A stretch of DNA of 64,000 bases, taken from an uncultured bacterium. GTDB lineage: Bacteria > Planctomycetota > UBA1135 > GCA-002686595. Positions 31,203-42,100 of this stretch are shown here, piece by piece; position 1 is the first letter of the stretch; each line of letters starts with the position of its first letter. A model generated the notes under the pieces. The model made no database searches, was not told the origin of the DNA, and saw nothing but the letters and a program-made list of their open reading frames with translations. The position numbers and the translations under genes are program-made. The DNA is taken from the NCBI GenBank assembly GCA_943787795.1, contig CALSNU010000001.1, forward strand, positions 128,001-192,000. Reading direction: 5' to 3'.

Positions 31203-32363
31203 TCAGTTGAACTGGAGCTCGAGTCCGTCAGAGAAGTTGGACGTGGGTGCCCCGCCGGCGCTGTCCCGGAACCAGGTGGTGAAGTTCCAGGTCTCGCCGG
31301 CCACGATCGTGACGGGGCCGGTGGGCGTGGGGTGCAGGGTCAGGTCAACGCCGAGGGTGGCGGCGCCTGCGGGACCAGAGTTGACGATCTGGCCGGGTCC
31401 GACAAAGCGGCCGATGGCCCCGCCGAGGCAGAGGTTGCCCTGGCTCCCGCCGGGGTTCTGGACGAAGCCCTGGGACTGGCTGGTCAGGAAGAAGCAGAAG
31501 GAGTTCGGCGGGAGCTCGGTGGCCTCGAGGGTGAGGTCATTGGCAGCGGCGATCGCGCTCCCAGAGGCGCCCATGACGGCGGGGACTCCGGTGGAGTTGG
31601 GGTTCGCGGCGCAGTAGTTCGTGCCCAGGCTTGAGCCCGTCACGTCGCGCACCTGGAACGCGTTGAGGTGGGGACGGAGGATATTGCTCGGCTGGGGGTG
31701 CGACCCCTCCACCAGGAGCCAGAGCGGGTCGCTGGAGGTCCGGGTGAAGGTGCCGATGCAGTAGGACCCGATGATCGTGTCCTGCGCGCCGGCTTGATTG
31801 TTGGGGTCGGCGTCCAGCGCGCCCGAGAGCGGGCCTTGGGTGACGGCGCTCAGGTTGCTGACGAGCCCGCCTGAGGTCAGGACCGCGCCGACAGCCGAGC
31901 TCATGGTCATCACACGGTCGTACAGCACATTTGTGCTCGTCCCGGTGCGTTGGTCGGAGTACCAGACCTGGACCTCGTAGGTGCTGCCCACGGTCAGCGT
32001 CGCCAGGGAGTCCAACTGGATGCCGCCGAACCCGGTGGGGTTCCCCGCGCTCCCTCCGCTGGTGACCCGGGCGGAGTCGAGCAGGGCGTCGTAGCCGGCG
32101 TCACCGGTGGACGACCCGGCGTTGAGCGTCCAGCCGCCGTTACTCCAACCCAGCGGCGCGAAGGCGCTGAACGAGACGCCGTTCACGGTGGGCGCCGCGA
32201 AGGTCTGGGCCCAGCAGTTGAGGGCGGTGACCAAGGTGCCGTTGGTGCTGACCTCCGAGGCCGACTGGACATCCTGGACCGGCCCCCACTGGATCGTGTC
32301 GGCCTGGCCGGCGGCCGAGGGCGTGAGGGCGAGGAGGAGCGGCGCGATTCGAAGGAGGTTCAT
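31203..32363 (-). CDS. Secreted beta-rich protein with conserved C-terminal GTNYC...NFSDG domain
   Basis: Signal peptide MNLLRIAPLLLALTPSAAG; the last ~140 aa closely resemble the C-terminus of 55795..57591. Confidence 0.85.
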   Translation of the reverse strand: MNLLRIAPLLLALTPSAAGQADTIQWGPVQDVQSASEVSTNGTLVTALNCWAQTFAAPTVNGVSFSAFAPLGWSNGGWTLNAGSSTGDAGYDALLDSARVTSGGSAGNPTGFGGIQLDSLATLTVGSTYEVQVWYSDQRTGTSTNVLYDRVMTMSSAVGAVLTSGGLVSNLSAVTQGPLSGALDADPNNQAGAQDTIIGSYCIGTFTRTSSDPLWLLVEGSHPQPSNILRPHLNAFQVRDVTGSSLGTNYCAANPNSTGVPAVMGASGSAIAAANDLTLEATELPPNSFCFFLTSQSQGFVQNPGGSQGNLCLGGAIGRFVGPGQIVNSGPAGAATLGVDLTLHPTPTGPVTIVAGETWNFTTWFRDSAGGAPTSNFSDGLELQFN

Positions 32364-32392
32364 GGTCTTGGTCCGGGAGGGGGGGGGGCGGG

Positions 32393-34984
32393 CTACTTGT
32401 TGGCGCGGAGCAGGAACTCCTCGTACTTGCGGAAGCGACCGAGGCGCTTGACGTGTCCGCCGAGCCCGTGGCCTCCGCTGGGATCCACGAAGAGCTCCAC
32501 GAGGGTCTCCTTGCCGGCGTCGAGGAGCTCAGCGTACACCCGTACCGTGTCCTGGTAGAGGACGTTGGAGTCCTCCATGCCGTGGACGAGCAGCAGCTTG
32601 CGCTGGAGGTTCTTGGCCAGGGGGAGCAGGGAAAACTCCTTGAGATCCGTCTCTCCTTCGCGGCTGTTGCCGATGGTGCCCGTGGAGTACCAGGAGTTGT
32701 AGTTCTCCCACTCGGTGGGCCCCGCACCAGCGATGCCGCAGCGGAAGACCTCGGGTTCGGTGTACAGGCACATCTGGGTCTGGAAGCCACCGAAGCTCCA
32801 GCCGTGGATGGCCACGCGGTCCGCGTCGACGCCGTGCTCCTCGACGAGGTAGCGCACGCCGTCGGTCAGGTCCTCGACCTGGGGCACGCCGACGCGCTCG
32901 AAGTTGGCCTTCTCGAACAGCGCGCCGTAGCCCGACATGCCGCGCGGGTCGATGGTGCAGGTGACCCAGCCGTGCTCCTGCGCCATGTACCTGGCGAAGA
33001 AGTACCCGTCAGACCCGAAGTTGCCCTCGGTGACCTGCTTCCTCGTACCGAGGGGGCCGCCGTAGACGTAGATGAGCAGGGGCCGCTTCTCTCCCGGCTC
33101 GCGCTCCGGCTCGAACATCAGGCCGCGGATGCCCTGACCGTGTCGGTTCTCGAACTCGAAGAACTCGGGCGCGGCGGCGGTGAGCTCGCGGGTCGCGGCG
33201 GGGTGCGAGTCCGTCAGCGCGCGCTCCTCGCCGGCGGCGATGTCCACATGGACGAGCTCGCGGGGCGAGCCGAAGGCGGAGAAGGTGGCGAGGAGGTGCT
33301 GGCCGTCCGGGCTCACCGCCGCGCCCGCGTACTGACCGCGACGCCCGGTGAGGCGCGTCATCTCGGCCGTGTCCAGGTCCACGCGATAGACGTCCTGGCA
33401 GGCCGAGTCCTCTCGGGTGGCGGCGACCCAGGCGCAGGAGCGGTCCTCCGGAGCTCCGATGGGGTAGACCTCGAAGTGCCCCCTGGTCACGGGCTCGAGG
33501 GTCTCGTAGACCGGGTCGAGGACGTGCAGGTGTCGGAACCCCGTCTGCTCGGTGATGAGCATGACCCGGCGGCTGTCCGCCAGGTATCGAGGCTCGATCA
33601 TGCGCGGCGTGTTCGGGCCGCCCGTGTGGAGGAAGCGCTGGATCACCCGCGCGGGCCGGTCGTCGTTCGGCTCGCCGCGGACCTCTTCGGCTGCGTCCAT
33701 CCGGGCTGCGTCCATCTCGGCTGCGTCCGTCTCCCCTGAGCCGCCCCCTTGAGCCTCAGCGAGGGCTTCGAGGACATGGACCTCCTCGGTGGCCTGGTCG
33801 AAGGCGGCGAAGACGAACCGGGTGGAGTCCGGAGCCCAGTCGGGCACGCGCAGGACGTCTCTCGGCCCAGAGGTCTCCCGCTCGTAGACCTTGATCAGCT
33901 CGCCGTCCTCGCGATCAGGGTCCGGGAGTTCGTGCAGGAAGACGGCCGTGGTGCGCTTGCCGATGGGGTCGTCCGAGACCGTCCTCGGGACGGTACGGAC
34001 CTTCATGAAGCGGTCCTTGTAGGTGGCGATGTCGACCGTGCGACCTCCGTCCCGGCTCCGGGAGCCGTTGGAGGCCACGAAGGCCACTCGCTCGCCGTCG
34101 GGGCTGATCTTGTACTCCCGCATGGTCATACCGCCGGGGAGCTTGGGGTCCAGCTGGTCCACGAAGTGATCGCCGAACCGGACGCGGACCAGGGCATCGC
34201 CCAGGAGCGCCGTGTACCCGCCGCCGTCCGGCAGGTACTGGACCGACCGCTCGGACTGGCGGGTCTTGGTCAGCCGTACGGGTCGCTCCTCACCGATGAC
34301 CCAGCGGTAGATGTCCCCGCCGGAGCTCATCAGGAGCTCGTCGGCGCCCGGGGCCCAGGTGAAGGAGGAGATCCCGCGATAGCGCGGCGCCTTCTTCTCG
34401 TCGGCGTCGTCCTCGTCGACGACGTCCATCAGCCCGAGGTCGTCGGTGGTGCCCTCGTCCTTCTCTTCGCCCGCCTGAGCGTCCCCCTTGCGGCTGAGCT
34501 GCTGGAGCTCTGACCAGCTCCCGCCGCCGAAGCGGTCGTCGTCCGGTCGGGCGGGCTGCTCGTCCTCGGCGCCCTTCCCCTTGGCGTCCGCGCCGCCGCC
34601 CTTGGAGGAGCTCGCGCCGGCCTTCTTGGCGCGCTTGATCCGGTCCTCGCCCACCTCCATGGTGCTGGCCTGGAAGGGCGCCATGACGGAGACGGAGGTC
34701 AGCCGGCGCGCCTGGCCCGTCCCAAGTTCGACAAGCCAGAGGTCGCTGCCGTGCCGTCGCTCGGCGTACGGGCGGTACAGGTAAGCGGCATAACGCCCGC
34801 TCGCCGAGAAGCTGGGTGAGCTGGCGGATGGGCCGAAGAGCCCGTCCTCGTCAAAGATCGTCTCGAGGTCGAACTTGACCTCGCCCTCCTTCGCGTCGGC
34901 GGACGCCTGAGAGTGGGCAGCCGCTGCAGGGTGAGCCAGCGCGACGAGGGAGAGTGAGCAGCAGAGAGCGAGGAGGTTGGTCAT
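32393..34984 (-). CDS. S9 family peptidase (DPP IV-like, beta-propeller + alpha/beta hydrolase)
   Basis: Signal peptide, YVYGGP, GWSFGG nucleophile elbow, HGMEDSNV, GGHG. Confidence 0.92.
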   Translation of the reverse strand: MTNLLALCCSLSLVALAHPAAAAHSQASADAKEGEVKFDLETIFDEDGLFGPSASSPSFSASGRYAAYLYRPYAERRHGSDLWLVELGTGQARRLTSVSVMAPFQASTMEVGEDRIKRAKKAGASSSKGGGADAKGKGAEDEQPARPDDDRFGGGSWSELQQLSRKGDAQAGEEKDEGTTDDLGLMDVVDEDDADEKKAPRYRGISSFTWAPGADELLMSSGGDIYRWVIGEERPVRLTKTRQSERSVQYLPDGGGYTALLGDALVRVRFGDHFVDQLDPKLPGGMTMREYKISPDGERVAFVASNGSRSRDGGRTVDIATYKDRFMKVRTVPRTVSDDPIGKRTTAVFLHELPDPDREDGELIKVYERETSGPRDVLRVPDWAPDSTRFVFAAFDQATEEVHVLEALAEAQGGGSGETDAAEMDAARMDAAEEVRGEPNDDRPARVIQRFLHTGGPNTPRMIEPRYLADSRRVMLITEQTGFRHLHVLDPVYETLEPVTRGHFEVYPIGAPEDRSCAWVAATREDSACQDVYRVDLDTAEMTRLTGRRGQYAGAAVSPDGQHLLATFSAFGSPRELVHVDIAAGEERALTDSHPAATRELTAAAPEFFEFENRHGQGIRGLMFEPEREPGEKRPLLIYVYGGPLGTRKQVTEGNFGSDGYFFARYMAQEHGWVTCTIDPRGMSGYGALFEKANFERVGVPQVEDLTDGVRYLVEEHGVDADRVAIHGWSFGGFQTQMCLYTEPEVFRCGIAGAGPTEWENYNSWYSTGTIGNSREGETDLKEFSLLPLAKNLQRKLLLVHGMEDSNVLYQDTVRVYAELLDAGKETLVELFVDPSGGHGLGGHVKRLGRFRKYEEFLLRANK

Positions 34985-35093
34985 GGAGAGCGCCGTCGCG
35001 AGCTACCAGCTCGACGTCACGGCGCCCTCGATGCTAAGAGAGGCCCCCGGATCCGACGAGGTCTCGAGCCCGGCTGCCTACGTAAGAGGCAGA

Positions 35094-36419
35094 TCAGATC
35101 AGCGATGTGACCAGTTCCGGGAAGACGATCACCAGCAGGAGGCCGAGGGCCTGGATGCCGATGAAGGGCAGCACACCGCGGTAGATGTCGCCGGTCTTCA
35201 CCTCCGGCGGCGCGACACCCCGAAGATAGAACAGCGCGAAGCCGAAGGGAGGTGTCAGGAACGAGGTCTGCAGGTTCATCGCGATCATCACACCGAACCA
35301 GATCATGGCGTCCCCTTCGATCCCCAGGCTGGCTGCTGCGGGGACGATGAGGGGCAGGACGATGAAGGCGATCTCGAAGAAGTCGATGAAGAACCCGAGC
35401 CCGAAGATGACCAGGTTGGCGACGACCAGGAGCCCGATCTTCCCTCCGGGCAGTCCCGTCAACATGTCCTCGATCCACACGTCCCCGTAGACCCCGCGGA
35501 AGACCAGGGTGAAGGCCGTCGAGCCGATCAGGAGGAAGACCACCATGGTCGTGAGCTTGGCGGTGTCCTCGACGCTCTCGCGCAGCTTCGCGAAGGAGAA
35601 GCGTCGGCGCATCGTCGCGAGCATGAGGGCGCCGAGGGCGCCGAGGGCTCCGGCCTTGGTGGGGGTTGCGATGCCGAGGAAGATGCTCCCCAGGACGATC
35701 AGGATCAGCGCGAGGGGCGGGATCAGCACCTTCAGGACGAGCAGCAAGAGAGCGGCGCCGGACACGTCACGCTCCTCGGGTGGCAGGGCCGGCGCGCGCC
35801 CCGGATGTCGCCACGCCACCCACGCCACGTAGATGGCGTAGAACGTGGCGAGCATGAGCCCGGGGACGAAGGCGCCGCGGAAGAGCTTCCCCGCGCTGAC
35901 CTCCAGCTGATCTCCGAGCACGATCAGGACAATGCTCGGTGGGATCAGCTGCCCCAGCGTCCCCGCGGCGCAGATGGTGCCGGTGGCCAGCTCGCGGCTG
36001 TAGCCGTAGCGGAGCATCACGGGGAGGGAGATCATCCCCATGGCGACCACGGACGCACCGACCACTCCCGTGGCCGCGGCGAGCAGGGCGCCGACGAAGA
36101 CCACGGCGAGCGCGAGGCCGCCCCGCCGCGCGCCGAAGAGCATGCCGATGGAGTGCAGCAGGTCCTCGGCGAGCCGCGAGCGCTGGAGGATCGTCCCCAT
36201 GAGCACGAAGAACGGCACCGCCAGCAGGACCTGGTTCTCCATGATCCCGAAGACGCGCTCGGGGAAGTTGCTCAGGTAGACCCAGTCGAAGTAGCCGAGG
36301 GAGACCCCGAGGGCGCCGAAGAGCAGCGCGGCTCCACCCAGGGTGAAGGCCACCGGGAAGCCGAGGAAGATCAGCGTCATCACGACGCCGAACATCAGGG
36401 GGCCGAGCCAGTCGCTCAC
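35094..36419 (-). CDS. dctM: TRAP transporter large permease
   Basis: GFPVAFTLGG, LLAVPFFVLMG, GTLGQLIPPSIVL, FFIDFFEIAFI and NLQTSFLTPPFGFALFYLRG; the GTG start overlaps the dctQ stop. Confidence 0.95.
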   Translation of the reverse strand: MSDWLGPLMFGVVMTLIFLGFPVAFTLGGAALLFGALGVSLGYFDWVYLSNFPERVFGIMENQVLLAVPFFVLMGTILQRSRLAEDLLHSIGMLFGARRGGLALAVVFVGALLAAATGVVGASVVAMGMISLPVMLRYGYSRELATGTICAAGTLGQLIPPSIVLIVLGDQLEVSAGKLFRGAFVPGLMLATFYAIYVAWVAWRHPGRAPALPPEERDVSGAALLLLVLKVLIPPLALILIVLGSIFLGIATPTKAGALGALGALMLATMRRRFSFAKLRESVEDTAKLTTMVVFLLIGSTAFTLVFRGVYGDVWIEDMLTGLPGGKIGLLVVANLVIFGLGFFIDFFEIAFIVLPLIVPAAASLGIEGDAMIWFGVMIAMNLQTSFLTPPFGFALFYLRGVAPPEVKTGDIYRGVLPFIGIQALGLLLVIVFPELVTSLI

Positions 36420-36931
36420 GACGCGTCTCCGCGGCGGAGGACGTGGGCAGCTCGGACCGTGTTCGCAACGCCCTGCAGCGCGAGGAGCGTGAAGGCGACC
36501 GGGAGCACCGCCTTGATCGGCCAGCGAGAGAGCCCGCCCGGGTCGGGCGAGACCTCGCCGATGCGCAGGGATTCGGACGCGGCGGGGTAGCTGACGATCA
36601 CCCCGTAGACGCAGAAGGGGAGCAGGAGCAGCGCGCCGCCCAGGACGTCCGTCCAGGCCTTCCCACGGACGCCGAGGCGTCCGTACATCACGTCGACCCG
36701 TACGTGGGCGTTCTCGCGCAGAGCCCAGGGCGCCGCGAGCAAGAAGAGGATGCTGAACAGGTACCACTGCAGCTCGTCCAGGGCGACGGACGCGAGGCGA
36801 CGGCCAGCCAGGGGCTCGAGGTAGCTGGCGATGGCGTTGCCTGCGCCGATCAGGGCCATGAGCAGCACTGACCAGGCCGCGGCGCGGCCCACGAGGCCGT
36901 TGAGCCGGTCAATCCCGTTGATGAACTTCAC
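36416..36931 (-). CDS. dctQ: TRAP transporter small permease
   Basis: Four TM segments, ELQWYLFS, HVRVDVMY, GEVSPDPGGL. Confidence 0.92.
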   Translation of the reverse strand: MKFINGIDRLNGLVGRAAAWSVLLMALIGAGNAIASYLEPLAGRRLASVALDELQWYLFSILFLLAAPWALRENAHVRVDVMYGRLGVRGKAWTDVLGGALLLLPFCVYGVIVSYPAASESLRIGEVSPDPGGLSRWPIKAVLPVAFTLLALQGVANTVRAAHVLRRGDAS

Positions 36932-37040
36932 CGGCACAGAGTAAGCACCGAGCGGCTTGGAGCCCAGGGCGACTCCGGGGCGCCCGATCGGACCGCAGGC
37001 GCGGCACGGCCGAGCTCGACCGCCGGAGCCGGCGATTCGC

Positions 37041-39143
37041 TCAGAACGGCATGCCGATGCTGAAGTGGATCACCCAATCCTCCTCGCCCGGTCGTGGGTT
37101 CGGATTCACCGCGCCGTCGAGGCGCAGGGGGCCGATGGGGAGGAGGTAGCGAAGCCCGAGGCCGACGCCGAAGCGCACGTCATCCACGTCGAAGAAGTCG
37201 GAGGCCTGGCGCTCGACGAACCCTGCGTCGACGAAGGCGGCGGACTGCAGCGCCCCGACCAACTCGGAGCGGAGCTCGATGCTCGCCGTGGAGAAGACCT
37301 CGCCCCCCAGGGGTTCCCCGTTGACATCCTTCGGGCCGAGCTCGCTCTCCTTGAACGAGCGGACGGAGTTGCCGCCGCCGGCGAAGAAGCGCTCCTGGAT
37401 GGGGATCGCCTCCGCGTCGTAGGCCGGCGCGATGATGCCAGCCCGAAGGTTGAGGCCGAGGACGGAGCCGGCGGAGACGGGCCGGAACCAGGAGGTCGAG
37501 AGCTTGCCCCGGATGAACTCCAGCTCGGAGCCGAAGCCCTCGGCGGCCAGCTGCACCGAGGCGTTCATGTACAGCCCCCGGGTGGGCGCGAAGAGCGCGT
37601 CGCGGTCGTCGAACCGCTGAGAGAGGGTCAGGCCCGCCACGTTGACGATGTTCTGGGCGTCCGCGACGTCGTCGTCCACGACCTTGACGTCCTTGGCCTC
37701 GGAGCGGCCGAACTGATAGCCGAAGGTGGTGGCCATCACCCCGCTCCACTCCTTGGTGACATAGGCGCCGATGCCGCGGTTCTCCCTGAGGAAGGACGGC
37801 TCCTTGCGGCGCTCGAAGTCGACCTGAATGTCGCCGATGACCTGCTCGTTCAGGAACCAGGGGTCGGTCAGTCGGACGCTGGCGCTCAGGGCGCGCACCG
37901 CGACCATGACCTCCGCCGAGCCGTCGATGCCAGACCTGAACATGTTTCGGTCCCGCGCGCCGACGGTGCCGCGGAAGAGCTCATAGCTCCCGAAGCCAGG
38001 CTCAAAGTAGACCTCGAGGGACTCTTGCTCCACGAGATCGACCACGAGCGTCCGCTCCGCGCCCTCGCCCTCTACCCTCGAGCGGACCTCGGAGAACAGG
38101 CCCGTCCGGTAGAGGGCGCGCACGCTGGCGCGGACCTCACGGGTGCTGAATTCATCGCCTGGCCGGAGGCGGAGCCGCGACTTCAGGAAGCTCTCCCTCG
38201 TGCGTCCGGAGCTCTCGAAGCGGACCTCGCTGATCGTGACATGGAGTCCGGGGACGACGGAGATCTCCATCTGGACGAGGTGGGATTCCTCATCGACGTC
38301 GGCCTCCACGCGGACCTCGGCGTCCAGGTACCCGTGGCTCGCAAGGGCGTCGAGGACGCTGCTGCGTACACGGCCGGGGACCCGCGGTTCGTACGGGAGG
38401 TCCTCCCCAGGGCTCAGCGGCGTGATGTCGATCTGGGCGAGCCGAATAGCCTCGAGGACGTCGACCTCGAGGTCTTCCTCTCGGAGGATCTCCACAGGCT
38501 CCAGCCGATAGCGCGGGCCGGCCTCGACGTCCAGGTGGACCGGGACGGCCCCGCCCTCGGGGCCCGGCCCGGGGTCGTCGAGGTGGGCGACGGCCTCGAG
38601 GTGTCCGAGGGCCACGAGGTCGACCACCACACGCCGCGGGCTGCGCTCCACGCGACGCTTCACGTACAGCACCTCACCGCGTCCGAAGAGGCCGGTCCGC
38701 GGACCGCTGACGTAGCGGGTCAGGTCCTCCTCCGAGATGGGGCAGCTGGGGTCAGCTGTCACGGTGACCGGCCCGAGCGTGGAGCGGGCGCCTGCGCTGA
38801 CCAGGAGCCGCGCCGCCGGCCCCTCCACCTCATAGGCCACCTCCGCCAAGGCGTAGCCGCGCTCGGCCAGCAAGAGCTCGAGCTCGTAGGCGGCGTCGTC
38901 GATGTACACGGCCCGCTCCGTGGAACGGAACCGCTCGACGTAGGGGGCAGCCACCTCCTCCATGTCGTCCAGCAGCCCGTCCGGGGCGCCCACGATGGAG
39001 ACGTCGGAGGCGATTCGAGGGGATGGGTTCCCCTCCAGCGCGGGGCCGGCGGCCAGCGCAAGGGGCGCACAAGCGAGCCAGACGAGCCAGATGAGCGCGC
39101 AGCGGACGGCACGCGCGAGGCGGTGATCGAGCGGGAGGGGCAC
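37041..39143 (-). CDS. Omp85/BamA-TamA family outer membrane protein
   Basis: POTRA-like repeats, RFFAGGGNSVRSF, GLGLRYLLPIGPLRLD and terminal HFSIGMPF. Confidence 0.9.
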   Translation of the reverse strand: MPLPLDHRLARAVRCALIWLVWLACAPLALAAGPALEGNPSPRIASDVSIVGAPDGLLDDMEEVAAPYVERFRSTERAVYIDDAAYELELLLAERGYALAEVAYEVEGPAARLLVSAGARSTLGPVTVTADPSCPISEEDLTRYVSGPRTGLFGRGEVLYVKRRVERSPRRVVVDLVALGHLEAVAHLDDPGPGPEGGAVPVHLDVEAGPRYRLEPVEILREEDLEVDVLEAIRLAQIDITPLSPGEDLPYEPRVPGRVRSSVLDALASHGYLDAEVRVEADVDEESHLVQMEISVVPGLHVTISEVRFESSGRTRESFLKSRLRLRPGDEFSTREVRASVRALYRTGLFSEVRSRVEGEGAERTLVVDLVEQESLEVYFEPGFGSYELFRGTVGARDRNMFRSGIDGSAEVMVAVRALSASVRLTDPWFLNEQVIGDIQVDFERRKEPSFLRENRGIGAYVTKEWSGVMATTFGYQFGRSEAKDVKVVDDDVADAQNIVNVAGLTLSQRFDDRDALFAPTRGLYMNASVQLAAEGFGSELEFIRGKLSTSWFRPVSAGSVLGLNLRAGIIAPAYDAEAIPIQERFFAGGGNSVRSFKESELGPKDVNGEPLGGEVFSTASIELRSELVGALQSAAFVDAGFVERQASDFFDVDDVRFGVGLGLRYLLPIGPLRLDGAVNPNPRPGEEDWVIHFSIGMPF

Positions 39144-39147
39144 TGCG

Positions 39148-42100
39148 CTATCTGAGCCTCAGAACCAGGCGTAGGCCGACGTTGTAGTCCTCGAAGGAGT
39201 CTCGCTCCATCACCAGGTACACGGCGTCTCGGTCACGGGCGAGACCCTCTCGCAATCGGTAGGTCGCCTGGACGGTCAGCACGCCCGAGCGTGAGACGTC
39301 CTGGCCGGACACCACCTCGAGGCGGTCCACAAAGGAGTCCCTGTCGCGGTCGTCGAAGCCGCCGGAGTCAAACCAGCCCTGCACGAGGTCGCGGGCGACG
39401 TAGAGGGCGACGGTCTGACCCGCCGCGCGCGCCCCCCGGGCGGTCCCGGGGGGGCGGCCAGAGAGCACCAGCATCACGAGGTCGTCGGGGACCAGCGGCG
39501 GGTACGAGGTGAAGTCCACGACCGCCTGGTCGTACTCACCGGAGATCTCCACCGTCACGTCATAGCCCGCCAGTCGGGTCGTCCCGATCAGCTCGAGCTG
39601 GGGGATCTCTGGGTTCGCCGGGTCGAAGCGGATCAGCCCCGTCGGGAAGCGCAGCGTTCCCGCGGGGAGCGCCACCTCCAGGGGGTCCACGAACAGCCGG
39701 CCGGAGGGGATCGGTTGGGAGAGGTTCCCGGAGAGCGTGAGGTCGGCGCGGACCTGGCCGCGGGTCAGGCGCCCCGCGATCTCCATGGGGTCGGCGGTGG
39801 TCACGCGGACCGCGAGCGCGACCGAGGCGGGCCCCAGGGCGGGCAGCTGGAATCCCCTCCGCACCGCCTCCGGGGTCCGGCTCCCGCCGCTTGCGAGGAT
39901 GTCCTGGAACTCCACCGGCGAGCGGAGGCGTCCGCCGACCAGGGCCAGCTCGCCGGAGAGGCGGAGGGCGTCCGCGGTCCCCTCGAGGAGCAGGTCGATG
40001 TTCGAGCGCACCACGGCGTCCTCCGATCGGTGCAGCAGCACCTCCTCGCCCATGAGTTGGAGGGCCAGCGTCGGCGTCGGCGTCGAGAGGTCCAGCGCGC
40101 CGGTCAAGCGCACAGGAGCCGCGCCCGCGTCGAAGCACGCCTGCTCGATCACGACGCGGGAGGGGGTGGCCGCGAGGGTGAACTCGAGGTTCTCGATGGT
40201 CGGGACGTCCCGGACGCGGAGCATGCCCTCACTCAGGGTCAGGCGACCGTCCAGGGTGGGGGACCGAACGGGGCCGGTGGACCTGCCGGTGAAGGTCAGC
40301 GTGCCGCCGGCCTCGCGGACCTCGGGTGAGAGGTCGGCGACCCACGCGAGCTCCTCGCAGACGAAGCGCCCCTGCGCCTCGAGGGGGGCGTCGAGCCAGG
40401 GGCTGGCATCCTCCAGGAGCGCGACCACGTCGAGCGGCCGCTCCACGCGCACGCTCCCGTCCGCGACGCCAAGGTCGCCCAGGACCAGCCCGGACGGCCG
40501 GAGGGTCACGCCGTCATCGATGATCACCGCCACTTCACCCGAGACGGGGTCCTCCAGCCCAGGCAGGGGCTCCCCATCGGCGTCGACGTAGCCGACGTTC
40601 ACGAGGCTTGCGGCGCCGGATCCCGTCAGCGCGCGCCAGGTCCCGGCGAGGTTCAGGTCGACCGCCATGGCCCCGGAGATGCGGCTCGCGACCTGAGCGA
40701 ACTCATCGGGGATCGCCGCGCCGATGAGATCTCCGCGCAGCGCGTTGGCGTCCAGACGGAACTGCGCGTCGAGGCGCACCGGCCCCTCACCCAGGGGCGG
40801 GCCGTCGAGATTCACCGGCGCCTCGCCCGAGAGGTCGAGCGAGATGTGCTTGAGGCTCGTGGTCACCTCGCTCAGCCGCAGCAGGCCGTCCTCCCAGGTG
40901 GCCTTCATCCGCGCCGCCACGGGCTCCTCCACCCCCGCGAGCCGGGCGCCGCTGAGCGTGGCGTCGACCTCCGCCCGCAGCGGCGTCCGCTGGAAGAAGA
41001 GGTCGCCGTCCAGGGCGCCGACCCGTCCGCTCTCGCCGAGGACGCCCTCGAGGACGGCGTCGATCTCGAACGCCGTCGCCGTCGCGCCGGCCCGGAGCCC
41101 GCTGGCGCCGCCGGTCTCGGCCCAGATGGTGAGGGCGCCGACGGGGCCCTCGAGGCGCACGTCGCTCACCTGGACCCCCTCTCCCTCGAATCGAACCGTG
41201 GTGGGGGAGGCCAGGTCCAGTTGAGCGGTGCCGCGGCGGAGTGAGAGGGTCTGCACCTCCACGGCGAGCGCCTCATCGCCGAAGGGCAGTTGCACGGTCC
41301 CTCCCGCGATAAGCTCCCCCTCGTCGGTGCTGGCGTTGAGCCGGGTGACGTCGAGCCGGCCTCCCTCGAAGGTGCCCTCGACGGCGACCGAGCCCACGCG
41401 ATCCCCGCCGAGCTCCAGGCGCGCGGCGCTCGCGCGGACCGCCCCCCTGGGCGCATCCACGGGCCCGGAGAGCCGCAGGTCGGCCTCAAGCTGTCCGATG
41501 AAGTCCGCCTCGGGCACGAAGACCTTCGGGTCCTCCATGCGCACCGTGAGCGTCACGTCGTCGAGCGAACTCGTGGCGAGGTCGTAGTTGCCGCGACCCT
41601 CGATGGCGACCCGTCCGGGGTCGGAGGCGCGCAGGGCCGTGACCTCGAGGCGCTCGTCGCTGGCCAGTAGCTCTGCCTGGATGGTCCCGAACTGCAGACC
41701 CGCGAGGACGATGTCCTGGCCCTCCAGCTCCAGGGCGCCGGTCGCGATCTGACCGGGCGCGGGGCTCAGTGCGGCGGTGCCCTGCACGGAGCCGAAGAAG
41801 GACGGAGGTGGGATGTCTGGCCCGTCCATGGCCTCCCCGCGCGCCGCGCGCAGGGTCGCCTCGAGCTCGTCGAGGCGGGGGAGGTCGAGCCGTACGAGAC
41901 CGCCGACGGTCAGCCCCTCCGGCGCATCGAGATCCAGGACGAGGGCGTCCAGGCTCACGCGGTTGGCGCCGACCTGGATGCGCCCGTCGCTGAGTGAGAG
42001 CTGGCCGTCGCGGAGTTCACCGGCGAGGCGATCGGCGGAGAGGTTGAGGTCCTGGACGAGGCCCTCGAGCAGCTCGCCCTCGAACCGAAGCGCTTCGTCA

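Noticed and set aside
36957..39155. Long antisense or alternate-frame ORFs (732 aa here; also 59293..61437, 55969..58035, 14327..16189, 42833..44509)
   Set aside because: These are expected from GC3 bias opposite real genes and show no recognisable motifs.
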